NCBI GenBank assembly: GCA_046045965.1
Contig: JBJOKS010000018.1
Span: 1 to 64,000 of the forward strand
Direction: 5' to 3'
DNA: 64,000 nt
From: Cyanobacteriota bacterium
GTDB taxonomy: Bacteria; Cyanobacteriota; Cyanobacteriia; Cyanobacteriales; Nostocaceae
Of this stretch, positions 48,637-59,599 are shown one piece after another. The position numbers and the translations under genes are program-made. The notes below the pieces were generated by a model. That model saw only the letters and a program-made list of their open reading frames with translations. It ran no database searches and was not told where the DNA came from. Each line of letters opens with the position of its first letter. The stretch's first letter is position 1.

Positions 48637-51534
48637 ATGGAAAACAAACGCGATTTTATTTACACAGATTGGATCTTAATAGAAAACCAATTTAACCCTG
48701 ACGAATTACACGCCAGAGAAACGATCTTTAGCATCGGTAACGGTTATTTAGGAACAAGAGGAAACTTTGAAGAAAGCTATCCTCGTGCATTATCAGCTAC
48801 ATTCATTCATGGTGTTTATGACGATGTTCCTGTAGTTTATACCGAACTGGCTAACTGTCCAGACTGGTTACCATTGGTAGTGCTGATTGATGGCGAACGC
48901 TTTCGTCTCGATCAAGGTAAAATATTGCAGTACCACCGCGAGCTTGACCTGCATCAAGGGGTTCTCAGCCGTTCTCTGCGTTGGCGTAGTCCCACGGGAA
49001 AAACCATAGATATCAGCTTTGAACGCTTTGCAAGTTTAGCGGATCATCATGTATTAGGGCAACGCTGCCAGTTAACAACAGTAGATTTTCATGGATTAAT
49101 TGAAATTCAAGCCAGTATCAACGGCTACCCAGAAAATAAAGGTTTCAATCATTGGGAAGGACTAGACCAAGGGAAAATTGACAAAGGGTTCTGGTTACAC
49201 AGTCGCACTCGCTACTCCCGCATTGATATCGGAATGGCTGCAAAAATGAGCATATCAGGAATTGAAGCGGCTATGCAAGTCAATACTGCTCCTGGTTATC
49301 CTAGCATCAGCGCCACTTTTTTCTCTGAACCACAGCAGACCGTAACCATAGAAAAGATTGTTACAGTTTTTACTTCGCGCGATGTTGTAGAACCAGTGTC
49401 AGCCGCACAGTCAAAACTTGCCCAGATACAAGATTATATGACTCTACGTGATGCCAATCAACAAGCATGGGCTGAGGTTTGGCAGCAAAGCGACATTACG
49501 ATTGAGGGAGATAGCAAAGCTGCTTTTGCTGTGCGTTATAATTTGTTTCAATTATTAATTGCTGCTCCCCGTGATGATGATAGAGTGAGTATTCCCGCTA
49601 AAACCCTATCTGGATTCGGTTATCACGGTCATATTTTTTGGGATACGGAAATCTTTATTCTACCATTTTTTACATTTACTCAACCTGCATTAGCTCGGAA
49701 TTTACTGACTTACCGCTATCATACTTTAGATGGGGCGCGACGGAAAGCGATACATTATGGATATCAAGGAGCAATGTACGCTTGGGAAAGTGCAGTGACG
49801 GGGGATGAAGTAACACCACGTTGGGCGCTATTGAGTGATTATTATGCTGAGGATATACGTATTTGGTGCCGCGATCGCGAAATTCATATTAGCTCAGTTA
49901 TCCCCTATGCTGTATGGTACTATTGGCGAGTGACTGGGGACGATGAATGGCTGAGAGATTATGGTGCGGAGGTAATTCTAGATACCGCAATTTTCTGGTC
50001 AAGTCGCGTTGAATTTAATTCTCAGACTCAACGTTATGAAATACGTAGTGTTATCGGTGCGGACGAATACCATGAGTTAGTGCATAACAATACTTTTACT
50101 AACCGTATAGTCCAGTGGCATTTGGAAAAAGCTTGTATAGTTTATGAGTGGTTACGTCGTATTTTCCCGGAACGTGCTGAGGAACTAGAGAAAAAATTGC
50201 AGCTGACTGACAAAATTAGACATAATTGGCCAGAAATCATTGATAAAATCTGGATTCCTTACGACGCAGAAACAGGACTAATTGAGCAATTTGAGGGATT
50301 TTTCCAATTAGATGATATTAACTTAGCAGACTATGAACCGCGTCAAAAGTCAATGCAAGCAATTTTAGGTATTGAAGGTGCAAACAAACACCAGGTTCTA
50401 AAGCAGCCTGATGTTTTAATGCTACTTTATCTTATGCGTGAATCTGCGGAAGTTCCTTACAGCAAAAAAATATTAGAAGTAAATTGGAATTACTACGCAC
50501 CCCGCACGGATATTACTTATGGTTCTTCCCTTGGTCCAGCTATTCACGCCATTTTAGCCGCAGATTTAGGTAAAACCCAAGAAGCTTACGAACGCTTTAT
50601 GCAAGCGGCGATGGTGGATTTGGAAGATATGCGGGGGAACACAAATGAAGGTATTCACGCTGCTAGTGCTGGAGGCGTTTGGCAAGCTATAGTTTTTGGT
50701 TTTGGAGGTATCCAATTTACAAATAATCAGCCCGTAGCTCATCCCCATTTACCTCCTGGTTGGACACGCTTAAAGTTTAAATTATACTGGCGTGGTCAAT
50801 GGCATGATTTTGATTTACGCCAGGAATTAGGGACTGGGAAAGAATCTGCTACTAACATTCAAGGTGTGATTTTTGATTTAGATGGTGTGTTAACGGATAC
50901 AGCAGAATATCACTATCAAGCTTGGCAGAAGTTAGCAGATGAGGAAGGTATACCTTTTAACCGTCAAGCTAATGAGGCGTTGCGGGGAATTTCTCGCCGT
51001 GCTTCGCTACTGTTAATTATTGGCGATAGGCGATATTCTGATACACAGATACAAGAGATGATGGAGCGCAAAAATGATTACTATGTGGAATTAATTCAAA
51101 ATATCACCCCTGATAATTTGTTACCAGGTGCAGTTTCTTTATTAGATGATTTGCGACAAGCTGGGTTAAAGATAGCTCTTGGTTCAGCGAGTAAAAATGC
51201 TCGTGTAGTAGTTGAAAAGTTGGGGATTAGTGATAAATTGGATGCGATCGCTGATGGTTATAGTGTGCAGAAACCCAAACCCGCACCGGATTTATTTTTG
51301 TTTGCAGCCCAGCAGTTAGGACTTCCAGCAAACCAATGTGTAGTGTTTGAAGATGCGTCCGCAGGTATAGATGCAGCTTTAGCCGCAGGTATGTGGGCGG
51401 TGGGTATGGGACCACCGGAAAGGGTGGGAACTGCTCACATTGTTTTACCCAATTTAGCAGGGATGACTTGGGAAAAATTACAGGGCAAATTTAGGGATAT
51501 TGCGTTACAAAAACGGACTGCTGTGGGTGTTTGA
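48637..51534 (+). CDS. GH65 disaccharide phosphorylase fused to beta-phosphoglucomutase
   Basis: IGNGYLGTRG, GHIFWDTE, GADEYHE, KQPD; C-terminal HAD FDLDGVLTDT and KPKPAPDLF. Confidence 0.92.
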   Translation: MENKRDFIYTDWILIENQFNPDELHARETIFSIGNGYLGTRGNFEESYPRALSATFIHGVYDDVPVVYTELANCPDWLPLVVLIDGERFRLDQGKILQYHRELDLHQGVLSRSLRWRSPTGKTIDISFERFASLADHHVLGQRCQLTTVDFHGLIEIQASINGYPENKGFNHWEGLDQGKIDKGFWLHSRTRYSRIDIGMAAKMSISGIEAAMQVNTAPGYPSISATFFSEPQQTVTIEKIVTVFTSRDVVEPVSAAQSKLAQIQDYMTLRDANQQAWAEVWQQSDITIEGDSKAAFAVRYNLFQLLIAAPRDDDRVSIPAKTLSGFGYHGHIFWDTEIFILPFFTFTQPALARNLLTYRYHTLDGARRKAIHYGYQGAMYAWESAVTGDEVTPRWALLSDYYAEDIRIWCRDREIHISSVIPYAVWYYWRVTGDDEWLRDYGAEVILDTAIFWSSRVEFNSQTQRYEIRSVIGADEYHELVHNNTFTNRIVQWHLEKACIVYEWLRRIFPERAEELEKKLQLTDKIRHNWPEIIDKIWIPYDAETGLIEQFEGFFQLDDINLADYEPRQKSMQAILGIEGANKHQVLKQPDVLMLLYLMRESAEVPYSKKILEVNWNYYAPRTDITYGSSLGPAIHAILAADLGKTQEAYERFMQAAMVDLEDMRGNTNEGIHAASAGGVWQAIVFGFGGIQFTNNQPVAHPHLPPGWTRLKFKLYWRGQWHDFDLRQELGTGKESATNIQGVIFDLDGVLTDTAEYHYQAWQKLADEEGIPFNRQANEALRGISRRASLLLIIGDRRYSDTQIQEMMERKNDYYVELIQNITPDNLLPGAVSLLDDLRQAGLKIALGSASKNARVVVEKLGISDKLDAIADGYSVQKPKPAPDLFLFAAQQLGLPANQCVVFEDASAGIDAALAAGMWAVGMGPPERVGTAHIVLPNLAGMTWEKLQGKFRDIALQKRTAVGV

Positions 51535-51549
51535 TAGTTGACTTTTTCA

Positions 51550-51582
51550 AGATTCCCGGCTTATTTAATAAGTCAGGAATCT
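51550..51582. repeat. Palindromic hairpin between convergent genes
   Basis: AGATTCCCGGCTTATTTAATAAGTCAGGAATCT. Confidence 0.65.
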
Positions 51583-51589
51583 ATCTTTA

Positions 51590-51952
51590 TTATGGCAAAT
51601 TAACTAAAAAATCAGGTACTTCCAAAACATGAAAATATACCAACAAAGCCACCACAATTGTATAAAGTGTAGAACCACCCAAACCCAAAATTAAATCTCG
51701 TTTTAAATTGCGGTTTTCTTCTTTAAAAAACATATCCATAGCTCCCATTTGCATCATTACAATACCCAACACATTTGAGAGCCAATAGCCCATAATTGTA
51801 AACGGTAAAAACCAATCCGGCTTTGCCCAACTTACCAGATAACCAAACAATAAAGCAATTGGTAAATTAAAAAATACATCATTCCACCAGGATAAAGGCG
51901 ATAACATATAGCCTATTCCCACAAATAAACTACCACGCAATTTTTTAAACAT
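51590..51952 (-). CDS. Hypothetical membrane protein
   Basis: GYMLSPLSWWNDVFFNLPIA; 3-4 TM segments. Confidence 0.75.
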   Translation of the reverse strand: MFKKLRGSLFVGIGYMLSPLSWWNDVFFNLPIALLFGYLVSWAKPDWFLPFTIMGYWLSNVLGIVMMQMGAMDMFFKEENRNLKRDLILGLGGSTLYTIVVALLVYFHVLEVPDFLVNLP

Positions 51953-51990
51953 TTATTTATCCTCCTATTAATGTTACTTAACTTAATAAA

Positions 51991-52632
51991 TCAAAAACTC
52001 AAATCAGGTAAATCATCAGCTTTATTGAGGATAAATAAACTTTCATCTCCTCCTCTGCCAATTCTTAATGTTTCATCTAAGTAAGTAATATCAAGAGTTG
52101 CAACTCTACCTTTAGGTCCAGTAGCAGCTACGACTTTAAATGGATTTAGTTGAGGAGTGTTAACACCTATAATCTTATCAATCGCTAAATAGCGTTTATC
52201 AAAATAAACATTTATTCGCTTATCTGGTAAACTAGATGTATCTAAATCAGGTTCAAATCTAGCTGTTACTTTCACATATCCTGAGATAAATTTGAGGGGA
52301 TGTTTGACATAAGCAAGGTTAAAAAACTGTGCATCAGCCACATTAATGACTTGATAAACCTTACCTATTTGTAAACCTAGAGGTAGAGAATCTAAAGCCC
52401 GAATTTCTCTAGCTGTAGAGTATTGTAATTGCCAAGCTCCATTTAATAAATTAATAGCATTCTGGAGTGGTTGCGGATGGGGATTAAGACTTTCTAATTC
52501 AACTGTTAACTGTTCTATTTCTGCGGCTTTAGTTTTGTCAAGTTTTAAATTAGTAATGGGAGAACCATCATCCTGAATTTTAATTTCTTTAATTAATGCT
52601 TGGAACTGTTCTTTCAATGTTTGACGATCCAT
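51991..52632 (-). CDS. PAP/fibrillin family protein
   Basis: LESLNP, LLNGAWQLQYST, LDITYLDETLRIGRG; ATG at 52632 preferred as start. Confidence 0.88.
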   Translation of the reverse strand: MDRQTLKEQFQALIKEIKIQDDGSPITNLKLDKTKAAEIEQLTVELESLNPHPQPLQNAINLLNGAWQLQYSTAREIRALDSLPLGLQIGKVYQVINVADAQFFNLAYVKHPLKFISGYVKVTARFEPDLDTSSLPDKRINVYFDKRYLAIDKIIGVNTPQLNPFKVVAATGPKGRVATLDITYLDETLRIGRGGDESLFILNKADDLPDLSF

Positions 52633-52677
52633 AAACTGATATTTTGCTATTATTAACAAATAAGATTGTAACTCAAA

Positions 52678-53160
52678 ATGGAACTAAAAATTGTAACTTT
52701 AGAAATTCCCGTAGGTTGTAACCTGATATTGGGACAAACCCACTTTATCAAAACTGTAGAGGATTTATATGAAATCATGGTAGGGATATCCTCACAGGTT
52801 AAGTTTGGTATTGCTTTCTGTGAAGCATCAGCAGCTTGTTTGATTAGAATAGCTGGAAATGATGAAAATTTGCAAGAAGTAGCTACTAAAAATGCTCAAG
52901 CTATCAGTGCAGGACATAGTTTTTTAGTTATATTAAAAGACGCTTATCCTATCAATTTTCTCAATGCTATTAAACAATGTCCAGAAGTTTGCAATATTTA
53001 TTGTGCTACTGCTAATCCCGTCCAAGTAATTTTAGCAGAAACTGAACAAGGGCGGGGTATTCTTGGTGTAATTGATGGATTTTCAGCCAAGGATGTAGAA
53101 GGTGATGAAGATATAAAAGCACGTCAAGAATTACTGCGTCATATAGGTTATAAATTGTAG
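52678..53160 (+). CDS. Adenosine-specific kinase family protein (DUF355)
   Basis: NLILGQTHFIKTVEDLYE, FCEAS, CATANP, LLRHIGYKL. Confidence 0.85.
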   Translation: MELKIVTLEIPVGCNLILGQTHFIKTVEDLYEIMVGISSQVKFGIAFCEASAACLIRIAGNDENLQEVATKNAQAISAGHSFLVILKDAYPINFLNAIKQCPEVCNIYCATANPVQVILAETEQGRGILGVIDGFSAKDVEGDEDIKARQELLRHIGYKL

Positions 53161-53175
53161 CTGGGTGGAAAGGAT

Positions 53176-53628
53176 ATGGCTATTAATTATCGAGAAAAAA
53201 TTATTGCTTTGTGGACAGTATTTCTATTAGGGACACTGTTTCATACTCAACTAGGTTTAATGCCATTATTTCATGGTTTAAATGTACTTGAATCTCAACC
53301 AGCTACATCACTCAATGAACTTTCAGGAATTTTTTGGTTAATGTTAGGCTTTTTTGTATTGCCAATGTTAGCTATTATTGGTACTGCTTTTACTGAAAAT
53401 AAACGTTATCGAATCATACATTTGGGTTTAACTATTTTTTATGGTATTATGAATTTAATGCACTTGATTTTAGATTTACTTTTACCACAAGTTTTATGGT
53501 ATCAAATCGCTTTGATGTTGCTGCTATTTTTAATTGGTTTATTGTTGATTTTTGTGGCTTATCAGTGGATGAAATCTCCCGTAATTAGAGAAAATCACTT
53601 GGGATCTAAATCTTCTACAATAATCTGA
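53176..53628 (+). CDS. Hypothetical membrane protein
   Basis: Four hydrophobic segments; follows the previous gene after 15 bp. Confidence 0.7.
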   Translation: MAINYREKIIALWTVFLLGTLFHTQLGLMPLFHGLNVLESQPATSLNELSGIFWLMLGFFVLPMLAIIGTAFTENKRYRIIHLGLTIFYGIMNLMHLILDLLLPQVLWYQIALMLLLFLIGLLLIFVAYQWMKSPVIRENHLGSKSSTII

Positions 53629-53700
53629 TTCATAGTCAAGTATTTACACTTCCATAAGTTTACCTCTTTGGTTATATTCTAATATCTAGACTTTCCCCAC

Positions 53701-54450
53701 TTAAAAAAAATCTGCTGCTTCAATTGTGGCTTGAAAAAAAACATTATACTTTTCCGTTCCCAACCACCATCCTGCATTTATTTGGGAGGGAATAGTAAAA
53801 CCTTGAAAACTGGTTTCTTGTGAAAATGTGCCACCAAAGGGTATGTATTGCCAAATTTTATCTGTTGTTTGATTTCCCCAACGTGGTAATTTAGCTTCTA
53901 AAACTCTACCATTTTCATCAATAATAAAAGTGAGATTCACCGTATCACTATCAATATTAAAACTTGCTTGAATTATATTGTTATCAATAGCTTGCCAGCT
54001 TACCTGATTTTGCGGTAATAAAGCAGATGGCAACCAAAATAATTCACCTCCACATCTACCAATACTAGAACGAGAAACATCAGAATTTTCTTCTTTTACT
54101 AATGGAATTAAACCCCAGAGTTTAAACTCTACTTTTCCTGAATTATTATAATAATAATCTGCCCCTTTAATATTAAACAATTTATTACCCATGACTGCTT
54201 GCCACACAAATCCTTTAAGAGTTAAAATTTCTGTGGCTTGCATGGTAAATTTTTGATCTTTATTTGGTTGAAAATAACCTTGCATTTTTAACTTCACACC
54301 AGTTGCTAAAGGTGTTCCCAGAGTAATAGCGTGTAAGAAATAACGTTGTACTGGTGCTGGTAATTCCGCAATTAAATCTTGGGTGAATATCTGTTTTGTT
54401 GTTGGATATTCCAGACTTAGCCAAATTTGATTAATGTTTTGTTTGTTCAT
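53701..54450 (-). CDS. DUF6544-like hypothetical protein
   Basis: LPAPVQRYF, ELFWLPSALLP, GFTIPSQINAGW; ATG at 54450 preferred as start. Confidence 0.65.
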   Translation of the reverse strand: MNKQNINQIWLSLEYPTTKQIFTQDLIAELPAPVQRYFLHAITLGTPLATGVKLKMQGYFQPNKDQKFTMQATEILTLKGFVWQAVMGNKLFNIKGADYYYNNSGKVEFKLWGLIPLVKEENSDVSRSSIGRCGGELFWLPSALLPQNQVSWQAIDNNIIQASFNIDSDTVNLTFIIDENGRVLEAKLPRWGNQTTDKIWQYIPFGGTFSQETSFQGFTIPSQINAGWWLGTEKYNVFFQATIEAADFF

Positions 54451-54477
54451 ATTTTGTGAATATATTAACCGAACATA

Positions 54478-54506
54478 GTAAGAGTTTAGCATTGCTAAAC
54501 CCCTAC
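54478..54506. repeat. GTAG-type REP-like palindrome
   Basis: GTAAGAGTTTAGCATTGCTAAACCCCTAC; related inverted copy at 62400. Confidence 0.7.
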
Positions 54507-54517
54507 TGATTACTTAC

Positions 54518-57286
54518 CTACAAATCAATCTCCGCTTTTAACACAGTTGCATCATTAGTATGTGACATCTTAAAACCGAGTCTTTCACATACTTTCTGCA
54601 TTCCTAAATTATCAGCCAATATATCAGCAGATATAGAAGAGATTTTCTCGTTTCTACCTACTTCTATTAACCTCCTGAGTAACTCTGTACCTAAGCCTTG
54701 ACATTGATAGCGATCGCTAATTAACATAGCAAATTCCGCCCCATCATTACCATGTAATTTACTCAATCTTCCCACTGCTAAAATTTCCGTTTCTCTGGTT
54801 TCTGGATTTTGATATTCTGCGACTAATGCCATTTCTCGATCATAGTCAATAAAACAAATTCTGGTAAGTCGTTCATGGGCTATTCTTTGACTTAATTTAA
54901 TTAAGTGAAAATAACGTAAATACACACTTTCTTCTGATAGTGTTTGATGGAATTTAACTATCAATGGTTCATCTTCAGGACGGATAGGACGGATATTAAT
55001 TGGTGTCCCATTTTTCAATGTCCAATTACCAACATATTGGTGAGGATAGGGACGAATTCCTAATTTCGGTAATTGATCATCTTCAACATCAGCAGGATGT
55101 AAAACTATCCTCCCATCTAAAGCTATTAAACCACCAGGATGATCAGGACTAGGAGGAATAGCTAATAAAGGATTAATATCAATTTCTTTAATCGCTGGTT
55201 GTTCTACGACCAAATGACTAAATACTACTAACAATTCCTCCAAAGCTGCCATATTTATACTTTCTCTACCCCGCACACCTTTTAAGGCTTTATAGATTTT
55301 GGTTTGTTCCATCATCCTTCTTGCTAGGGTACTATTTAAAGGTGGTAAAGCAATGGCACTATCTTGAAAAACTTCCACCAATTGTCCCCCAGCACCAAAT
55401 AATAATACTGGTCCAAACTGCGGATCTAAACTACTACCAATGATTAATTCATAACCGCTAGTTTTTACCATTTGCTGCACGGTTACGCCTAAAAAATCTT
55501 CTGGCTTGGCTTTTTCTAATACCGAAGTTTCTATTAAATGATAGGCTTTTTTTACAGCTTCGGCATTTCTTAAATTTAACTGCACCCCACCCACATCTGT
55601 TTTATGGGTAATTGTTTGAGAATACAATTTTAAAACCACTGGATAACCAATTTTTTCAGCACATTCTACCGCTTCTTCTGCACTTTTAGCAATGCTTCCA
55701 GCTACTACAGGAATACCATAAGCAGCTAAGACTTCCTTAGATTCAAATTCTGTTAAAATCGTTCTTCCTGCTTTTCTGGCATCGTTAATAATGGTTTCAA
55801 CTAATGCACAATTACGGGAACTACTATCACATTCTAAACTTGATAGTACAGGAGTTTCATAAATTCCCTTTAAGTTATAACTATACCGCCACATATAGCT
55901 AAATATCCGCGCTGCGGTATCGGGATAAGGATATGTAGGAATACCTTGACGGTTAAGAATTTGTTGCCCTTCTGCTACATCTTCTCCACCCATCCAACTT
56001 GCTAAAATTGGTTTATTCGACATTTGCGCGTAGGGTTCTAATTGTTCAGCAATTTTTGTCGGATCGGTCATTGCTTGGGGTGTTAAAATTACTAACAAAC
56101 CATCACTATTAGGATCTTTGGCAGCAATTTCTAAAGCTTTTGTATAACGTTGAGGATCTGCATCTCCTAAAATATCAATAGGGTTATTATGACTCCATTG
56201 TGGGGGTAAAATTTCATTTAAACCCTGCATGACTTCTTCAGAAATTGGTGCAAGTTCTCCCTTACTTTCTATTAATGTATCAGTGGCTAATACTCCTGGT
56301 CCACCGGCATTAGTTAAAATTGTTAATCTTGGACCTTTGGGTCGCGGTTGTTTTGCTAATACTTCTGACATATCAAATAAATCAGAAATACTATCAACTC
56401 TTAATACTCCACACCGACGAAAAGCTGCATCTAAAACAGCATCACTTCCTGCTAATGATCCTGTATGAGAAGCGGCCGCTTTTGCTGCTGCTGCGGTACG
56501 ACCAGCTTTAATAACAATTATCGGTTTTGTTAATGCTACTTCTCGCGCTGCGGAAAGAAAAGAACGCGCATCACCGATTGATTCCATATAGATTACAATA
56601 CTTTTTGTATTGGGATCATCTCCCAAATAATAAATTAAGTCTCCCCAACCTATATCTAACATTGAACCGATAGAAACAAAGGCACTAAAACCAACGTTTT
56701 CCTGTAAACTCCAATCCAAAATTGATGTACATAATGCCCCACTTTGACTTAAGAAACCTACATTTCCTGGTTGTGCCATTTTACTAGCAAATGTAGCATT
56801 TAAACCAGAAATTGGACTCATAACTCCTAAACAGTTTGGTCCAATAATTCTAATTTTTCCTTTGTGTGCTATTTCCAGAATTTCTTGTTCTAAAGCAATT
56901 CCTTTTTCTCCTGCTTCTTTAAAACCAGCAGAGATAATTATTGCTCCTTTAATTCCGGCTTTTACGCAATCAGTAATAATTTGTGGTACTGTGGGTGCAG
57001 GGGTAGCAATTACCGCTAAATCAATTTTTTCAGGAACATCAAAAATTGTCGGATAGGCTTTAATTCCTAATACACTATTGCGTTTGGGATTGATGGGAAA
57101 TACTGTACCATTGAAAGGGTTTGTAATTAAATTCCAGAGTAAGGTTCTACCCACACTTCCGGGTTTTTCACTTGCACCAATGACGGCTACGGTTTGAGGG
57201 GCAAAAATCGCGTCTAAGGGGTTGATTTTCTCGGTTTGTAAGATGTCGTAAGCTTTGTCTGTCGTTGGTTTGATAGATGCTTGCAT
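54518..57286 (-). CDS. Acetate-CoA ligase (ADP-forming) family protein fused to a GNAT acetyltransferase (Pat-like architecture)
   Basis: [41 protein letters not shown]-grasp, [14 protein letters not shown] motif A. Confidence 0.92.
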   Translation of the reverse strand: MQASIKPTTDKAYDILQTEKINPLDAIFAPQTVAVIGASEKPGSVGRTLLWNLITNPFNGTVFPINPKRNSVLGIKAYPTIFDVPEKIDLAVIATPAPTVPQIITDCVKAGIKGAIIISAGFKEAGEKGIALEQEILEIAHKGKIRIIGPNCLGVMSPISGLNATFASKMAQPGNVGFLSQSGALCTSILDWSLQENVGFSAFVSIGSMLDIGWGDLIYYLGDDPNTKSIVIYMESIGDARSFLSAAREVALTKPIIVIKAGRTAAAAKAAASHTGSLAGSDAVLDAAFRRCGVLRVDSISDLFDMSEVLAKQPRPKGPRLTILTNAGGPGVLATDTLIESKGELAPISEEVMQGLNEILPPQWSHNNPIDILGDADPQRYTKALEIAAKDPNSDGLLVILTPQAMTDPTKIAEQLEPYAQMSNKPILASWMGGEDVAEGQQILNRQGIPTYPYPDTAARIFSYMWRYSYNLKGIYETPVLSSLECDSSSRNCALVETIINDARKAGRTILTEFESKEVLAAYGIPVVAGSIAKSAEEAVECAEKIGYPVVLKLYSQTITHKTDVGGVQLNLRNAEAVKKAYHLIETSVLEKAKPEDFLGVTVQQMVKTSGYELIIGSSLDPQFGPVLLFGAGGQLVEVFQDSAIALPPLNSTLARRMMEQTKIYKALKGVRGRESINMAALEELLVVFSHLVVEQPAIKEIDINPLLAIPPSPDHPGGLIALDGRIVLHPADVEDDQLPKLGIRPYPHQYVGNWTLKNGTPINIRPIRPEDEPLIVKFHQTLSEESVYLRYFHLIKLSQRIAHERLTRICFIDYDREMALVAEYQNPETRETEILAVGRLSKLHGNDGAEFAMLISDRYQCQGLGTELLRRLIEVGRNEKISSISADILADNLGMQKVCERLGFKMSHTNDATVLKAEIDL

Positions 57287-57369
57287 AATTACTCCTTAAT
57301 TAGTTATTAGTCATTAGTTATTGGGTATTAGTGTTTTTTTTCAATTACCCATTACCTATTACCCATTTT

Positions 57370-57837
57370 TCACTCTGAATTCATCCCTAAATTGTTATGT
57401 TTATCTAGAATTTGCATAATTTTTGATAGTGCAGTGGTAATACCTTTTTGTGCTGTAGGTGAAATGCGATCGCTCAATTCAAAATTAACACCTGGGACAG
57501 TGACTAACCATGCTAATGGACAATTACCATAGAGAAATTGAGCCAGAAAAAGTAAGGTTTGCGGATCACTTGTATGGGGATTAATAGTATTTGATTCACT
57601 AGGTAATAATGGTTTTACCTGTACTTCATGAGATTGGGAATTAATACAGGCATCCACAAAAATTGCTAACTGAGAATTTGCCAAAGGTTCAGCTAATTCT
57701 GGTGTAAGTTGGTGAACAGCAACTGATTTTACAGATGATAAACACCAAAATTTTATAGCCTTTGCTACCTGTTGTCCAATGGCATCATCACCCCGTAATT
57801 CATTACCGTAACCAATCACTATTGCAGTTCCACTCAT
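57370..57837 (-). CDS. hoxW: Hydrogenase maturation protease
   Basis: IGYGNELRGDDAIG, HQLTPELAE, IFVDA; close to hoxH. Confidence 0.88.
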   Translation of the reverse strand: MSGTAIVIGYGNELRGDDAIGQQVAKAIKFWCLSSVKSVAVHQLTPELAEPLANSQLAIFVDACINSQSHEVQVKPLLPSESNTINPHTSDPQTLLFLAQFLYGNCPLAWLVTVPGVNFELSDRISPTAQKGITTALSKIMQILDKHNNLGMNSE

Positions 57838-58038
57838 TACCTGATCATCCTCTTAGTAAGTCACTAATTGCTTGTATTATTAGACATTTTAGCTTTTGGA
57901 TTGCTAATTCCCTTTCCCTTGTAAATATACCTTGGTTGAAATCCATCTCTCACAATCATTTGACAAATTAGTAGAATTGGCATATTGTCATTTAAAATCA
58001 GCATTCTCTTCTTTATATTTGAGCTTAAAACAAAAGTT

Positions 58039-58055
58039 TGAGGAACTTGTGAGGA
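58039..58055 (-). promoter_or_regulatory. TCCTCA direct-repeat box, copy 5 (hoxW and acetate-CoA ligase)
   Basis: TCCTCACAAGTTCCTCA on the minus strand, 11 nt before TAAGCT. Confidence 0.8.
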
Positions 58056-58205
58056 AATATAATAATTTAACAATTACTATTTTTCGACAACTTGACAAAT
58101 TTATGTTAATACTCTATTCCTTTTCAGAATTATTAGTTATATGATTAATTTGCGTGGTGAAATCAAACCCGTTAAAAAAAATTAGATAAATTGTGAGGCT
58201 GTTTT

Positions 58206-58592
58206 ATGCCTGAAGTAAATTTTCAACAGCCAATTAAGAGTGCTGCTACTCTGATTGAGGAATATGTAGCGGGAAAACGAGACTTTGAACGAGCAGAATT
58301 AGGTGATGCTAATCTGCAAGGTGTAGACTTAAAAGGGTCTGACCTCAGCTATGCTGATTTAAGTACAGCCAACCTCAGCCGTGCTATTCTGCGGGGATGT
58401 GATCTTAGCTATACTGATTTGAGTCAAGCTAATTTACAAAATGCAGATTTGCGAGGTGCGATGTTGTTTTCTGCGGATCTGCGTCAAGCTGATTTACAGG
58501 GAACACGTTTAGAAAAAGCAGATTGCGACCATAACACCCATTTTCCCCCAAATTTTGATGCTATTACAGCTGGTGTAAAGATGAGCAAATAA
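58206..58592 (+). CDS. Pentapeptide repeat protein
   Basis: YVAGKRDF followed by A(D/N)L repeats. Confidence 0.92.
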   Translation: MPEVNFQQPIKSAATLIEEYVAGKRDFERAELGDANLQGVDLKGSDLSYADLSTANLSRAILRGCDLSYTDLSQANLQNADLRGAMLFSADLRQADLQGTRLEKADCDHNTHFPPNFDAITAGVKMSK

Positions 58593-58608
58593 CCGGATGA
58601 ATACTGAT

Positions 58609-58632
58609 GCGGCTATATCAGCCGCCTATTTT
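58609..58632 (+). terminator. Intrinsic terminator
   Basis: GCGGCT-ATATC-AGCCGC followed by CTATTTT. Confidence 0.6.
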
Positions 58633-58846
58633 TATACAGATGTAAATATTAAAAGTTAATAAAACCCTAATAGATCACTTGACAAATATAATAGCAGATT
58701 TGATATATAGCAGTTCCCATGCTCGTGAGGTACAAAGTTTTTTAGTTTTAGGGAACAGGGAAATCTTAACAGGGAATAAATTGGTATTTACTTCATTAGA
58801 CTGAGCAACTCTACAATATCATACGTTATATTATAGTAAAAATTAC

Positions 58847-58963
58847 TATAGGAATCATATTTGATTCTTGAAAAACACTCCTTACACTTTCCTTGTTAAG
58901 AGTTCCCTGTTAAGATTTCCCTCTCTACACAGATAATTTCAAAAATCAAATACCAGTCCTATA
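58847..58963. mobile_element. MITE-like element, family C
   Basis: 27-bp termini TATAGGAATCATATTTGATTCTTGAAA and TATAGGACTGGTATTTGATTTTTGAAA (reverse complement), 23/27 match. Confidence 0.75.
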
Positions 58964-58985
58964 TCAACCGAAATTAATAAAACCC

Positions 58986-59501
58986 ATGAGAAAGATCCGC
59001 TTATTTATTGCTTCTAGTCTCGACGGATATATTGCAGATAAAACCGGGAAAGTAGATTGGTTATTTACTGACGATGATTATGGTTATTCTGAGTTTTTTA
59101 ACCAAATAGATACTTTAATCATGGGAAATAAAACATATCAACAAATTCTCGGTTTTGGTGAATATCCCTATCCTGGAAAAGAAGCATTTGTTTTTTCCAA
59201 GATGCAGCATGGAGAACAAGATGATCATGTCAAATTTGTCGGGGAAGATTTAGAGAACTTTATCAAAAACTTACGTCGATCTAGTGGTGATGATATTTGG
59301 CTAGTTGGTGGTTCACAGGTAATCGAATTTTTTATGGAAAAGGGATTTTTGGATGAAATTATTATTGCTATCCATCCAATTATTTTAGGGGATGGTATTC
59401 CTTTATTTAGCAAGAATACCAATATTACGCAAAGATTAGATTTAATAGATGTGAAAACGTATCCTTCGGGATTAGTGCAAGTTTATTATTTATTCTGTTA
59501 A
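58986..59501 (+). CDS. Dihydrofolate reductase / RibD C-terminal family protein
   Basis: IASSLDGYIA, MGNKTY, IWLVGG, ILGDGIPLF. Confidence 0.9.
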   Translation: MRKIRLFIASSLDGYIADKTGKVDWLFTDDDYGYSEFFNQIDTLIMGNKTYQQILGFGEYPYPGKEAFVFSKMQHGEQDDHVKFVGEDLENFIKNLRRSSGDDIWLVGGSQVIEFFMEKGFLDEIIIAIHPIILGDGIPLFSKNTNITQRLDLIDVKTYPSGLVQVYYLFC

Positions 59502-59599
59502 ATCAATGATCACCGCTTGACTTCACCCCTTTCAATAACAAAAATTTTTCCTTTTTCCTCCCCTGTAGGGGAGGGTTAGGGAATGGGGAATCTCAATAA

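Noticed and set aside
57762..58144. Three overlapping ~70-aa ORFs
   Set aside because: AT-rich promoter region containing box copy 5; no coding signatures.
58708..58813. Additional MITE-like element
   Set aside because: Termini match only about 16/27, too degenerate to call.
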